This document shows positions 47,361 through 61,400 of a stretch of DNA of 64,000 bases, in pieces (the first letter of the stretch is position 1; the number at the start of each line of letters is the position of its first letter). Both the position numbers and the translations under genes were made by a program. The notes below the pieces were generated by a model. It was not told the origin of the DNA. It ran no database searches and saw nothing but the letters and a program-made list of their open reading frames with translations. This DNA comes from Mytilus californianus (lineage: Eukaryota): contig NW_026262604.1 of assembly GCF_021869535.1 (NCBI RefSeq), positions 43,090,001-43,154,000 of the forward strand, given 5' to 3'.

Positions 47361-50300
47361 ATAAACAAAAACGGCATATGTACAATAATTTAAGGAGGAG
47401 ACATGAATGTTGCCCTTAACAATCTAATATTCGCAAAAAAGTAAGTAAAACAGTCAATAGCCTTAAACAAGATATATGGAGACATTTAACCCCGCAAAAT
47501 ATCCAATATAAATGGAGAAGAAAAATCCAGTCTAGTCTAGTCGAATTGATATGTCCTTTGTTAAACGTTAAGTCGTCCGACATTAAACCTATTCTTATTA
47601 AAAGCATCGAACTTCATGCTGTTTTCATACAATTACAATCTGTCTCAACTGGAACTAGAGCCCCGGGATACTGGAAAATTAATAACGTTATTCTCGACGA
47701 GCAAGAGTATGAATGCAATATAAGTTAAGTAATACAAAAACATAGTAAAAAGATATAAAAAAGTTAAATAGATTCAAGACTTCTGTTGGACTCCTTCAAA
47801 TTGGAACTAAAGGAATATAGTAATACATATAGAAGAATTAATGCAAAAAAAGAGGAAAAAATGCACCACTTGATTTTGAATCACAACTAAAAATATTATA
47901 TGAGGTATCAATCAATGAGGAAAATGATTTTATAAAGAAAAAAGAGCTAGAAAACCAGTTTGAATACAAAGCTAAAGGAGTATAAATAAGATCAAAATAG
48001 AGTTGGTAGAAAAAAGGGAAAATTGCGCGTATTTTCTAGGTCTTGAAAATCTAAACAAACGAAATAGACAATATTTAAACTGAAAAACATTAACGGTGAA
48101 ATAGAAACAGATCAAGATGAAATAGTAAAGCTTGAAAGGGATTTTTATGCTAAGTTATACGACACTAAACAAAAACCGGATATAGATGTTCTATAAATTA
48201 TCAGAAGAGGAAAGTAAATCCTGAGATGGATACTTGACTCTAGAATAATTTACGAATGCTGTAAATAATTTAAAACCTAACAAAAGTCCAGGAATATACA
48301 AAAAATTGGGAACTTCTTGGACCTCTACTCGTAAACAGTCTTATCCGTTGAAACTTACAAATTACAGACCAATATCATTATTAGATAGTGATTATGAATA
48401 CTTTCATACACATAAGCTTTAAGAATAAGAACAACATGCTACACCAAAAACAGATTTATAGGATTTAATCTACATGAAAAACAAGATGTAATAGATTACG
48501 CAGGTAAGTTTAATATATAAAAGGTGATATTTTATTTATAGATTTTTTGAAAGCTTTCGACACATTAGAATGAAATGTTATGTATCATACTTTAGAATAT
48601 TTTGGTTTTTATAAACCTTTCATACATAGGATAAGAACTTTGTATACAATTAAAAACCAATTGTTCAGAGAACAATTGAAGGTCTTTCCACAAAAAAACA
48701 AGTATTTTGATATGAAAATAGTAATAATTCGGTTTAAAATGTCATTAACAGCGTCAAATGATAGCTTATAGTACGCTGATTCCAAACATATATGGCTTCT
48801 ATACAATATTTTTTAAATAAGGAAAATAATTTGTTACTTCCGGTTTGAAAAAGGTTACTTCCGGTATTAATTAACTGTTTAATTGACACTTATTCCAAAA
48901 ATATGGTTCTATATACTTTTACATTCAAAAAGTACAAAAAAATAGCTACTTCCGGTTTACAGAGGGTCACTTCCGGTTCCCTTTTCAAGGTCATATGGCT
49001 TGCAACTTAATGCAAAAAGTCCCATGGCTTTATCATATATACAAATGAGGTAAAAGCAAAGGTCAAAATCTAGAACGTCAATTTAACCTATGACCTTGGT
49101 ATCAATTTCAAGGTCATCAACCAAGGACCTCAAATCAAAAGACCCTAGATCTTAATTATATTTGGTTCATGAGTTATATCACCAAATTCATTTTTTTAAA
49201 TAAAGAGGGGAGAAAACTCTAATTTGATGTAAGCGCACCCTTTAAACCAATATGTATGTGTTACATGTTGCAACTAACAATTAAGTAGAAATATGTTGTC
49301 GATATCTTATATCGTGTTTGAAAAGTGGTGAAAATAAGCCACAATCCAAATTTAGAAATGACCTTGACCTTTGACCTTGACCCTTTTTTCTTTTTTTTTG
49401 GACCAAGGATCTCAAATCAAAAGACCCTAGGTCTTTATCACTTATGGTTTACAAGCTACAAGCTCTATGGTCGGGTCGTTGTCTCATTGACACATTCCCC
49501 ATTTCCATTCTTAATTTTACAACTACATTTTTCTTAAAAATACAAAAGGGGAAATAACTCCAATATGTAGTCTCCGGACAGCTTCGGTCAAAATTATTTT
49601 TAAGATCCTGAAGATATAATAAGCAAATTGGTGAAATAATTTTGTCGTAATCTTTAATGGTTGCGAAGGAGATTTGTACACAAGAAAAACTGTGTTTGGG
49701 GAGATAACTCTTACAATAAAAAGTGTTCGGCTTAACAGGGTCAGTTTCAAAATCGTAATAACTGTTCGATATCATATGCAAAAAATCTAAGCGACATCTT
49801 GCGAAACAAAAAAGCACCGTCAGAAAAAATTGGCGGAAGAAGAAAAAAAAATAATAATAATAATAAGTAGAAGAAAACCAATAGGTCTTTCACAGAAAAG
49901 TGGAAAGACCTAACTATTGATAGCTCTATATTTAATTACGGGTCGATATCTGCCCCTTTTGGACCCTTTAGGGGTATCCGGCAGGAATGCCCGTGCTCTT
50001 CTCGACTTTTCGTAAAGTCAGTAAAAATAATGGCTCACCAACTAAGACAAAGCAAAAATATAAGAGGCAAAGATTGATCGCAAAACGCATAGCTTGAAAA
50101 TTGCCAAAGTTGCTGATAATACAACTCTATTCCTAAAATCAAGAGAAGAATTCCGAACAGCATTAAATATAATCGAAATGTTTGGTACTTTTTCCGGACA
50201 ACAACTAAATAAAAAAAAATAGAGGGAAATCGGATTGGTAAACTCAAACATTGTAGAGATAAATAAGATGACATACATTTCACGGATAAACCCGTTAAAG

Positions 50301-50600
50301 TGATAGAAATATATTTCGGCATTAATAAAAAAGATTGTGAAAAATTAAATTGGAATACTAGATATAAAAAGAGCAGAAATGAAATCACTTCGTGGAAAAA
50401 AACCCACTTAATAATCTTAAGTAAAATTCTTATAGTTAAAAACCTCATTATACCACAATTTACTTTTTAGCGAACGTTACAGTTTTCTTTAACTCAAATA
50501 TACTTGAACTAGAAAGAGAAATCTTTAGTTTTATATAGGATGGTAAAAAAGGTAAAGTTAAAAGATGGAGGGCCCATGGAGGGCTTGATATGATAGGATA
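47360..50600 (+). mobile_element. Heavily decayed Tx1/L1-clade LINE remnant
   Basis: SRID, PGYWKINN, NKSPG, NYRPISLL, DF.KAFD, GIRQECP (motif B'), VADNTTLFL (motif C) and KILIVKNLIIPQ appear in L1/Tx1 order. Confidence 0.75.
48660..49915 (+). mobile_element. Helentron/HINE (pearl-like) non-autonomous element inserted in the Tx1 remnant
   Basis: 5' sub-TIR AGGTCTTTCCAC (48680-91) is inverted at 49900-49911. 3' hairpin TAGGTCTTTC...GAAAGACCTA, (AAT)n microsatellite and internal TACTTCCGG/GACCTTGA repeats are present. Confidence 0.65.
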
Positions 50601-51999
50601 ATATGAGTCTCTAGATTGTTACAAGCATAACAAATCACACATGATGAGAAATGATCCCACCAAGTTTAAAAGCTTTATATAAAATGGTATCAGAAGAGTT
50701 GGGATGTGTTCAGAGAATGTGTTAATGTGTTACAGATGTGTTTAAACAAATGGGAAAAGTTCAATAACTACCTACAGAAATTGTCAAATAAAAAATAACT
50801 GTATAATATTGTTACTACACTCAATGACATACAATTTAATACAGTTCAGACGCTTTTTTTGTGTACATTTTCTTGTAAATGGTAACAGAAGAGTTGCATC
50901 GACAAGGTGTCATTTTGTTACAAAAGTACAATAAATTGTCAATTTTCAATGCTCCATTAGTATGGTTTGGTCAAAAGAATATGATGAAAAAATAAACGTA
51001 CATGTAAATAAGAATATCTTGCTTTGCATGACTTACATGTAAAACAAATGGTGCTCTGAAAGGCATCAAATTTCAAATATCCCGTAATGAATTTACATAT
51101 CGTCCATAATGTGCGTGAAATATATTTTGACGTACATCTGCATATACATGTTCTCCAGTAAAAAACGCGACTGTGAGAGAACTAATATGATTTTCATCTT
51201 CCAACAAAACTAAATCCAAATCCAATGCCTCTTTATTATGTTAAATGTAAATCCAGAATAATACGTAAAAAAAAACCATACAAATGTAACGTAATGTTAA
51301 CCTTATTTGATTTTTTTTTTAAATACGTGCTTTTTATTTGGATTTTCCATAGGAATTGGATAGACAACAAGTTCAAATTTTCAGAACACATGAAGTACAT
51401 CTTGAGTGAAAAATAATACGAAACTTTCTGATTTGACTGTTCTTTCAAATACACGTGGCAGCTTTTGTTGTTTCAAATGCATGGTAAGTTAAATTTTTTT
51501 TGTTTTTTTTTTCGACTAACAATTTTTTACAAAAGGTCTTCGAAGTACACAGGAAACACAAATAACGTGTCGGTAAATTCTGAACATCAATAATGTTAAT
51601 AATGCAAGAAACATAAAAACAAAATCAAAGTTTTAACTGATTTAAGTGTCATTATATTTTTTTGGTAGGTTAGGCAAGAACAGTAACATCAATATTTTAG
51701 AATACAACACATTTTGTCATGATTCATTGACGTAACAATAATAAAGCTTTCAAAATGTTTGCCTTATTAAGTTATTGAAAGAATCTTGATGGTATTAATT
51801 GTTCTTCCTGAATCGACATGCTGATCTCCCATTGAACTAACTCATTTTTGCGAAATAAAAGACCGTATTTCCGTTTCGATGTAAGATTTTCATCTCTTCT
51901 GAGTATATATTGCGTAGCAAAGTATTACTCTGGAAACGTTGATGACTTTTTATAATGAAGGAACACTTAAATTCTTACATTTCAAGCAGCAGCAACTAA

Positions 52000-52620
52000 A
52001 GAGTAAAACAACAAAAATACCGAACTGCAAGGGATTTTCAAAATGGAAAGTCCATTATAAAATGGCAAAATCAAAAACTCAAACACATCTCACGCATGGA
52101 AAACAACTGTCATATTCCTGACTTGGTACAGGCATTTTCTGATGTAGAAAATGGTGGATTAAACCTGGTTTCATAGGTAGCTAAACCTCTCACTTGTATG
52201 ACAGTCGCATTGAATTCCATTATATGGATAACAATGTGTGAGCAAAACAAACAGACATAATAGGTAAAAACGTCCAAAAATTGGGCTGCAACAGTCAACA
52301 TTGTAATATATCTTAATAACTATAAGAACAAATAACTGTTTCAACAAAGAATCACAAAATGGCATATAGACAAAGTACATAATAAGCAAAAATGAAAGAC
52401 AATAATTAAAAATTGACCAAAGCACAATAACACAATGACGGGATGTATAAGGACCGATCCCCGTCATATGTATATAATCAAAAATGGACCAAACAATAAA
52501 GGTTAAAAATATACAACAATAAGGAAACTTTAACACATTAGTACCTAGAATCTATACTTCAAGACCATCATGTATTATTTGTGAACATTTACCAACAAGG
52601 TCTTGGTATCTTCCAAATGA
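52000..52620 (-). mobile_element. 3' part of the second Penelope-like subfamily
   Basis: Reverse complement matches 39000-39270 joined to 46043-46390. Confidence 0.85.
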
Positions 52621-52624
52621 ACTT

Positions 52625-53515
52625 TGAACTGTGCCCTTCTTCTTGCCGATTTGTTCCGTTATTCATATAAGGCTGACTTCATACAAGAACTTCTTAGGAA
52701 GAAAGAAAAGAAGTTAGCAGTATCCTATAACTTTACTTTCCGCTCATAGATGATGTTCCCTCACTAAATTATTCAAACGTTGGTGACTATGTTGAACTCA
52801 TTTATCCCATTGAACTTCAGATAAAGGATATAACAGATACAGTTAAGTCTGCCTCATACCGTGACTAACATCTAGAAATTGACAATGAGGTTCGGTTGAA
52901 AACAAAACTTTACGACTAAAGAGATGATTTCAGCTTTCCAAATCTGAACTTTCGATATTTATGTAGCAACATTCCAGCAGCGCCCGTATACGGAGTATAT
53001 ATCTCTCAGTTGATACGATACTCCAGGGCTTGTATTTCCTATCATGATTTCCTTGATAGAGGGTTGCTGCTCACAAGGAAGCTATTAAACCAAGAATTCC
53101 AAGTGTTGAAGTTGAAATCATCCCTACTTAAATTTTACGGACGCTATCACGAGGCGGTTGACTGTTACAGAATATCCGTATCACAGATGGTAGCGGAGAT
53201 GTTCCTAACGTTGTTACTACAATCCCGTTCCGCCTTTCCGAATGTGACCTTCCGAATTAGACTTATAACCGGGTTTGTACTACCATGAGCAACACGACGG
53301 GTGCTACATGTGGAGCAGGATCTGCTTACTCTCCCGGAGCACCAGAGATCACCCTCAGTTTTTGGTGGGGTTCGTGTTGCTCTGTCTTTTGTTTTCTATG
53401 CTGTGTTTTGTGTAATATTGTTTGTCTGTTGGTCTTATTCTTTTTAAGCCAAGTCGTCAATTTTTTTTTCGACGAGTTTGAATGTCCCTTTGGTATCTTT
53501 CGCCTCTCTTTTACG
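52625..53515 (+). mobile_element. 3' part of the first Penelope-like subfamily (RT C-terminus + tail)
   Basis: Collinear with 3045-3917 (CAPLLADLF, MIRYSRACISY, tail CGCCTCTCTTTT). Confidence 0.88.
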
Positions 53516-54896
53516 AAAAAGGTCGAGACGTTCATTGACATAATCTTGGCTAATTAACTTTCTGCTCAGACACTTGAGACGTTTAAAACTTAAATTAAAA
53601 CTAAAAATTAATTAAAACTTTCAAAGCCTTTTTTGTTTAATTCGAAACGAATGTATGCTAGAAATCCCAGTATCAACTTTTTATATATACTTTTAACAAC
53701 CAACTATCAACCAACATGCTAATAACAAACAACTATCAACCAACATTAAACCTTCATGCAATGTTTGCATAGCACAATGCCAAAACATAATCTGTAAACA
53801 CCGAACCTTAGTCCAACGTACGTCATATGTTAAAAAACCTATGCATTGTTGAACCTTTTCAAAAAAAGTATTCAATAGTTGGTCCATCGTAAGCCCAATC
53901 TTAGTATGACAACGTCTACATTCAAATGACGAAACCTTTTACCAAACGTTGCACAAACGTTGGGCCAATGTAAGTATGCATTGCAAATGCATAGATATGA
54001 CATCTGGTTGTTTTTTTTTAATTTTTGATTTCTGAAATTCTATATATTGATATGATTATTCATATTCGAGACGAAAATATAATTCAATAACCGTGAGTGG
54101 GCGCGCGGTTTAAATTTTTGGGTTGCACACTGATATCTCAAGTAATACCTGTTGTCGTCATTAGGAATAACAATTAATTTTGATTATTATGAATAATCTA
54201 TTTTATTTTATGAAACTTCCGTTTGGGGGATTATTTGAAAGTTCTTGCCGTTGAGGAGACATACACAAGATAATTCATTACAATCGAACACTGCTTTTCG
54301 TGAATACTGAAATGCTGATCGAAATTATTAGATAACGATCTTCATTTTGATAGCTTATGAAGAAGTTTCACATTTGTTTTAAAAGGACCAGGAAATGTGA
54401 GTATCCAGAGGAATGTAATAATTTGTAAACAAAAGTAATATACTGTAACGAATGTATTTTACATTGTCTGCTAGTGATTGGCAACCATAACATCTTTTGA
54501 AGGCATCAAATTAACGGAAATGATTATCAGCTAAATTCGTGAAAAAACAAAAACACCTGAGTAAATCGGATTCCGTTCGCCCAGACTCACATTAGCCCTA
54601 GTCCGTTTACCGTAATAATTGTTCATCGTTGGTCTTCGACTCGACTGTATATAACAAATATTCAATTATCGGGATAATTACACCCCCCCCCCCCCCCCCT
54701 ACTTTTTTCAAAAATTCTGGATCCGCCCCTGTACAGGCCTGATGATTGTCCCTGTAAATAATGGGACATATGAAGCTGTGTTGAATATTAAATGATAGGC
54801 ATGATAGGGCGTAGTTGCATATCAAACTATAAATCTTAAACAATTTCCTATTGGAATTACATTTTGTTCTCTTTGCAAAATCTTCTGTCAAAGCCA

Positions 54897-55157
54897 GAGG
54901 GCCTCGGTGGCCGAGTGGTCTTAGTAGTTACTACTGTAATCATTAGCCAGTCAACACTGATGTTGTGAGTTCGAACCCCGCTCGTGCGAGTGCACTCGAC
55001 TCCAATCTTAATTGACTCGGATTGTCAGTTTTCCTATCGAAGGTCGGTGGTTTTCTCCGGGCACCCCGGCTTCTTCCACCAATAAAAACTGGCCTCCACG
55101 AAATAGCCCAAAACCGGTGCTTAAAAGTGGCGTTTAAACACAAAAAATCAAATCAAA
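54897..55157 (+). mobile_element. tRNA-derived SINE, intact copy
   Basis: Same family as 5532-5798; 13-bp TSD TCTGTCAAAGCCA at 54884-96 and 55158-70. Confidence 0.93.
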
Positions 55158-55400
55158 TCTGTCAAAGCCATAATTAATAAAGTTACACCAGTATGTGTTT
55201 TACAAGAACAGTACACTTGTCATGGACAGACTTAAAAAATTTTACAACTAAGAATAATAGAGATTAGCAAAATTTTATATTTTGAATTATCTGGTTTAAT
55301 TCAATCAAATATTTGTGTGGGTGTTGCACTGTTTAGCTCATTGCCATTTGACAACGAAGCAGGTGCTGCAGGAAATAATTTATTTAATTAAATCTAAAAG

Positions 55401-58400
55401 ATGCCAAACAAAAGAAATGCCAGGGGATCGCCATCAAGGGTAATTGGAAAGAAGAGGAAGACGACCAGCAGGGAAGATGGACAGGAAATTAGGACCGTTG
55501 ACATGAAACAAAAGAAGGACGGAGTTGGACGTAACAGAATGGACAGGAAAAGACAGGAGGCCGAGGTGGAACACGTGGAGACACAAGGGCAAGAAGAAGC
55601 TGACGTAATATCAGGTAATGAGTCGGAGGAGAATGCATGGGCATTCTCCCCTTTTATGCATGACCCGTCACACACAAATTTTGAAATGGCACAGAATACA
55701 ATTGATTTAACCCCGACACAAGAGGCTAGCATTCATGACACAGTGGGGGAACACTAGCCTTTTGAAATTAAGGAAAAGATTTGGGAGGGAAATTTTATTG
55801 AGCTATATAGTCTTTTGAAAACACAGAAAGAAATTGAGGAGGTTGACGAGGGCGATTTAAAATTAAAAAGGGGGAAAAGTTGCATTGAAAAAAAATCGTC
55901 GGATATTTATTTGTCCATAAACGAATGGACTTCAGCATTCATGGTTTTTATGAGTGTTTACATTGAGAATTGCATGACTCGGGCACAGGAATTGTTAAAA
56001 TATATGAGTGAATAATATTAGCTGCAACGAGGTCGGAAAACTGGGCCACCTATGACGAGCAATTTAGGCTAAAAATAGAAAAGAATCCAAATTTATCTTA
56101 GGGAAACCTACACAGTGAATATTGGCTATTACACATCACATGTCCCACAGTACAACACAATACTTCAATGCAATCACAGGGTTATAGAACAAATATACAA
56201 AATCGTGGTCATTATAATTCAAATGCAGTTACATTTTCCAACACTTACTCGAGAACAAATCAGCAAACACAGGTAACTAATGGTAGTACAAATATGTCCT
56301 TTAAATACTACAATAATGGTACTGACTGTCCATACTTCCCTCGTTGTAGGTTTAAACATGTATGTGAAATATGCAGTTGCACAGAAAGGCCCAAATGTAA
56401 TAACCGGGCCCAAAGAAGAAGTAACAAGAAGTTTTAATTTTTATTCATTAGGAAATACTTCTGTTAAAGTATCTTTCTTGGAAAATTATTTAGAATTTTA
56501 CCCACATAAAAATATATCACATGAAATTATATCTGGTTTCAAATATGGTTTTTCATTAAAATATTTAAGCTCTATGGAACCAATGGAAAGTTCCAATTTA
56601 AAAAGTGCGATACAGCTACACAACATTTTTAAAGAAAAAATTAATGAAGGAAGTTAAACTTGGCTGCATTGCTGGTCCTTTCAGATTTCCGCCTTTTTCC
56701 ACACTTCAGGTATCACCAATGGGACTAGTGCCAAAAAAGAATGGGAATTTTAGACTTATTCAACATTTATCCTATCCTGAGAATAAATCAATAAATGATT
56801 TTATTGATAAAAACCATTGTTCAGTGCAGTACAGTTCAGTAGACGAATCAGCATGTTTGATTAATAGACACAAAACATTTGCCCGTTTAAGCCAGTGTGA
56901 TGTAAAAGCAGCTTTTCGCTTATTGCCTATTGCCCCGCAGGATTTTGACTTGTTGGGGATAAAATGTCAGGGTGAATATTATCTTAATAAAATGCTTCCA
57001 ATGGGGGCTTCGATCAGTTGCGTCCTTTGGAAGAAATTTGCAAAAGTTTTGCATTGGATAATACAGCACAAAAGTGGAAATGATAATATACTCCATTATT
57101 TAGATGAGTTTCTTTTTGTCGAGTCGAGCGAAACATCAGAAGTTGGCAATACTTTGAAGATATTTCAAGAAGTATACGATAAAATAGGTAATCCTCTTGC
57201 TAGTGACAAGACTTCTTTGCCTACTACATTACTCACTTTTTGGGTATAGATTTTGATACGCAAACGTTAATCATGCGGCTTCTCACAAAAAATCAGAGAT
57301 ACCTTAAACAGTTCTAAAATTACTTAAGGACATGCAATCTCTCCTTGGGCTCCTGAATTTTACTTGCAAGGCGGTTGCTCCAGGCCGTACATTCAGCCGC
57401 CGACTCATTAATTCAACAATTGGCGTAAGGAAATCATATTACAAAATTCGAGTAAACAAGCAGATGAAAGCAGATTTAGAAGTTCGGTTAGACTTTTTAA
57501 AACAATACAATTATGTCACTGTAATAAACGACAATGTATGGGTTTCAAACGAAAAAATGGAGTTGTTCACGGTTAGTGCAGGGGGGTCCAAAGGTGGGTA
57601 TGGAATCTATTTCGCAGGTCATTGGGCCCAAGGCATATGGCCAAAACATTGGATTGAAACTGGAATAACCAGGGATATGACACTGTTAGAGTTGTTTCCA
57701 GTTGTAGCAGCACTTATGTTCTGGGAATCATATTTTGTTTTCATGTTGATAATCATGCGGTTGTTCAAATCATTAATATGAAAACTAGCAAATCAAGTAG
57801 AGTTATGACTTTAGTAAGACAAATGGTTTTAATGAACTTAAAAATAATACGTCAGTTAAGGCAATTTATATCCTTTCAAATCAAAACCAAATTGCTGATT
57901 GTCTTTCTCGTTCTCAGTGGGGAAGGTTCAGAAGCCTAGCTCCAGAAGCAGACCATTGGCCAACCAAAATTCCAACACAGATCTGGAACATTTCAGTCAG
58001 GTGGCGGATTATATTGTCAACAAAGGTGTGTCCAAAATACACAAAAATAATACAATTTGTCTCTCAGACTGTCAAAACTTTGTAATTTTAGATCATCTTA
58101 CAAATTGAAACAGCTATGGCCAGTGCCAGTCAATGATTTGCTAAATTTTATAGCTTTGTTTTTCAGTACAAGGTGTATGGTAGGACCAACCTTGGACTGG
58201 AGTCAAAAGGAGTCACAACATACCGGATAGGTCAACCTGGTTTACAATTAAAAGATTTGGACTCTCTACTGGATGCGAAAAGGAAATTTTTACCTCCTCC
58301 TAATTTCATGATTATTACTGTGGAGTTAATGATTTGACAGGGAAGGGTTTAATTGAAAATGCAAAATGTTCTATCCTACGTTACCTAGATTTATTCAAAA

Positions 58401-58700
58401 ATGTTATTTCAATCTGGTCTTCAACGCTACAGCGCCGATACTGGCATTTTGCACCCTTAAATGCTGGTCCATTAATTGAACAGAAGAGGAAAAGAGTTAA
58501 TTCAGTTGTCAAAAACTCTGTAATAGAACATTGGGGGAGAAAGCTATTTTACATGAAAACATTAGGGCAAGGGAAGTGTCTTTATACAGAACAGATGGAA
58601 CTCATTTACCACAAACTGGAAATCAGGTTTTCCTATATAAACAAGGGGGAGGGGGTTGAGTCTTTTCTAGGCACAACAAAATCAACTTTTCCACAATGCT
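55401..58700 (+). mobile_element. Ngaro/DIRS-type tyrosine-recombinase retrotransposon (gag, RT-RNase H, truncated YR, SGNH hydrolase), decayed
   Basis: gag KIWEGNFIELYSLL and C-terminal Cys/His finger; RT VSPMGLVPKK, LPMG, HYLDEF; RNase H LLELFPVVAAL, NQIADCLSR; YR N-terminus WPVPVNDLLNFIA; hydrolase NLGL, IHCGVNDL, DGTHL. Confidence 0.85.
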
Positions 58701-61009
58701 TCAATAATTAGAATTTTGTGGAAGTGAGAACCCAAGTCAGATCATTTGGTAGCTGACTTGGGCTGACTTGGGCTCTCATGTGGCAGTCCAGGGGGACTGG
58801 GGGATTATTTCACTCGGCCCTTGCTCTGGGCCTGACAAATTCTTCAATTTGCAGGTTTGGAAAATGTGGTTAGTGGTAACGGTGGGGTCTACAAATGGGT
58901 CACTCTGGGACCTCCTCCACCTCATTTTTTAGAAGGGAGGCCTACACCTGCCAACAGGTGGGGCACTAATAACTGGAGCATAGGAAATACGAGTGTTTTC
59001 CCCGGTCACTCCTCATTGTAGGTGGTGGTGTCACTGTGTTTAACTACAAGGGGTTTTATGACACTATGTCAACATAGGTCAGCTGATAGCCATTGTGTAT
59101 AGGTAATCGGTAGTCACCGTGGTGCCTCAACAAAATATTATAAAATACTCTGTAGCCAAAGTAATGCCACAAAGTAAAAATGTATTTTCTAGTCATGAAA
59201 ATATAAATACTAGTTGGTGTAGTAAAATGTATGTTTAATTTGAATGATTGTTTTTGTATAAGTGGTAAATGTTATCAATGCATAACGGAGGAGGGAACCT
59301 CTACACAACTGAGTATAGTATACAGACAGCATGTAGTATTTTAATCTTGGTATCTGTGAATTACAATTACAACAAGCAAAGAGAGACAACTCTATAACAA
59401 TTTTAATTACATTAAAGAAAAGACTTCAACATAGTCTAGAAAACAACAACAACTCTTGATCGTTGTTCTTCATCTCATTGTTATTCAATCAGTATTATGT
59501 TAGTGTCTTCTTCTATGAGTATTGCAATTAATTCAAATCAGGCTATGCTTAATCATTTTGGATGAACAAATAGTTCTTATAATTATTACCACAGTGGCAA
59601 AGTGTAAATGCTATTCATGTTATTTCACCTATATGATACTATTATTCTTTATTACATATAAATGAATGTACTTAAATTTTAAAAACATTCAAAACAGCCA
59701 TTTGGACCGTGCAACAACAAAGAACATATGCAGTAGGACGGTCAATACAGGTCCATATACAGAATTCATAATTAAATGGAAAATAAATTTGTACATATAA
59801 AGTTTGTGATCCTACCCTATTTCTATTTTTAAATGCCATCATACAATGGTTCTGCATAAAATAGAATCCTTGTGTTACTAATCAAGCAAACACAAACAGC
59901 ATGATACACAACATAACTTTCTATTTTAATAGATTAATGTTTAAACTGGGTATTCACTAAGGATTTTTGAAGACGAGTTAAGGGACTCGTTCTTTTTTAC
60001 CATGGCGAGTCCAAACGTAAGAAGATGATAGTGTCTTGCTTCATGATTTATGATTGCAGTCCACATGACCAAATAGATCAAGGAAATGACATCAAATTTA
60101 GAAAATTAAAAAATAATGTAAGAAAATCACTATATATATATATTCGTGCAGTTAATATAACATGTATACTAGTCAACAGAAGTAACGATACACAAATGTG
60201 AAGTCCACTTTATCATAATATATAATAAATAGGAAAAACTGTTAAATTATCTAATGAAAAACATTCATTTGCAAAGCAAATGCAAATGATTAAAAGAATC
60301 TGACCAAATTGGAAAGTGCAAAAATACCGTCTTATTGAACACAGGGGTCAACTTTATTTTGCGGAAAATGATGACAAAAGTCGTCACTTAATTTCGAAGA
60401 TGAGAATTAAGTATTCAAATATCTGCAAAGGCATTCAAAATTTTAAGCAGACCATGTTTAAGTTTAAAGTTTTAAGTTAACGTTCTAATATCGATTTTTG
60501 ATTTTTTGGATGAAAATACGATTTTTGATATTACAAAAATTGCAACAACAAAAAATCGCGTATTTGCCTTAAATCAATGGTTTTAATTTAATAAGAAAAT
60601 AACACTCTTTAAATATTAGACCTATTTGGCAATTAGTTACCTTGGTACAGTGTAATCAATTTCATTATATATGGACAATACATTGCCTTGTATCGTTTCT
60701 TTTGTTGACTAGTATATTTTACAATCTTGATGCTTCTTAGCACTCACCAGTTATTGAAAATGTTGAGACCAGACTTATTTTCATGAGTGAAAGGCTCATG
60801 GGCTTGCCTAAGTGAGAACCCTGGTTTAAAGTATAATGAAAATAACACTATAATTCTTTGTATAAAAGACAGATACCTATTTGTTAGTGTTTAATATGAC
60901 AGGTCAACTGAAACTTCTGACTATTTATCCTTGTACACAGCTATCTAAAACATCTAAAAAAGAACACACCGATCGTGGCAGTGTATTTATACACCCCTAA
61001 AACAAACGA

Positions 61010-61400
61010 AAAATAAAATAACAAAAATATCGAACTTCAAGGAAATTTCAAAACAGAAATTCCTTAATCAAATGACAAAATCAAAAGCTCAAACACATTA
61101 AACGAATGGAAAACACCTGTCATATTCTTGATTTGATACAAGCATTTATGTATGTAGAAAATGGTGGATACCATCTGGTTTTTTAAACCTAAACAAAAAA
61201 GACACAAAGTAAAGTTCTGGGAATACTTGCAGTTACTAACAGCTAGTTCAAAGCCAATAAAAACTTATAACACAATCATGTATCTAAGACTTAAATATTA
61301 ATCAGCACAAATCCACAATCCAATGGATATAGTGTAAGGACGTCATTAACAGTCAGAGAAAAATATGACTTTGTGTATCGACAGATTGTAGAGCCATAAA
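61010..61400 (-). mobile_element. Degenerate tail of the second Penelope-like subfamily (similar pieces at 36595-36722 and about 25180-25500)
   Basis: AAAAGCTCAAACACAT.AAACGAATGGA.AAC..CTGTCATATTC is shared with 52000-52130. Confidence 0.7.

Noticed and set aside
50035-50448. 137-aa hydrophobic minus-strand ORF
   Set aside because: Antisense to the A-rich Tx1 RT remnant, so the hydrophobicity is compositional.
54897-54980. tRNA gene
   Set aside because: A and B boxes are present, but the sequence continues into a SINE core and tail with a TSD. The same holds for 5720-5798.
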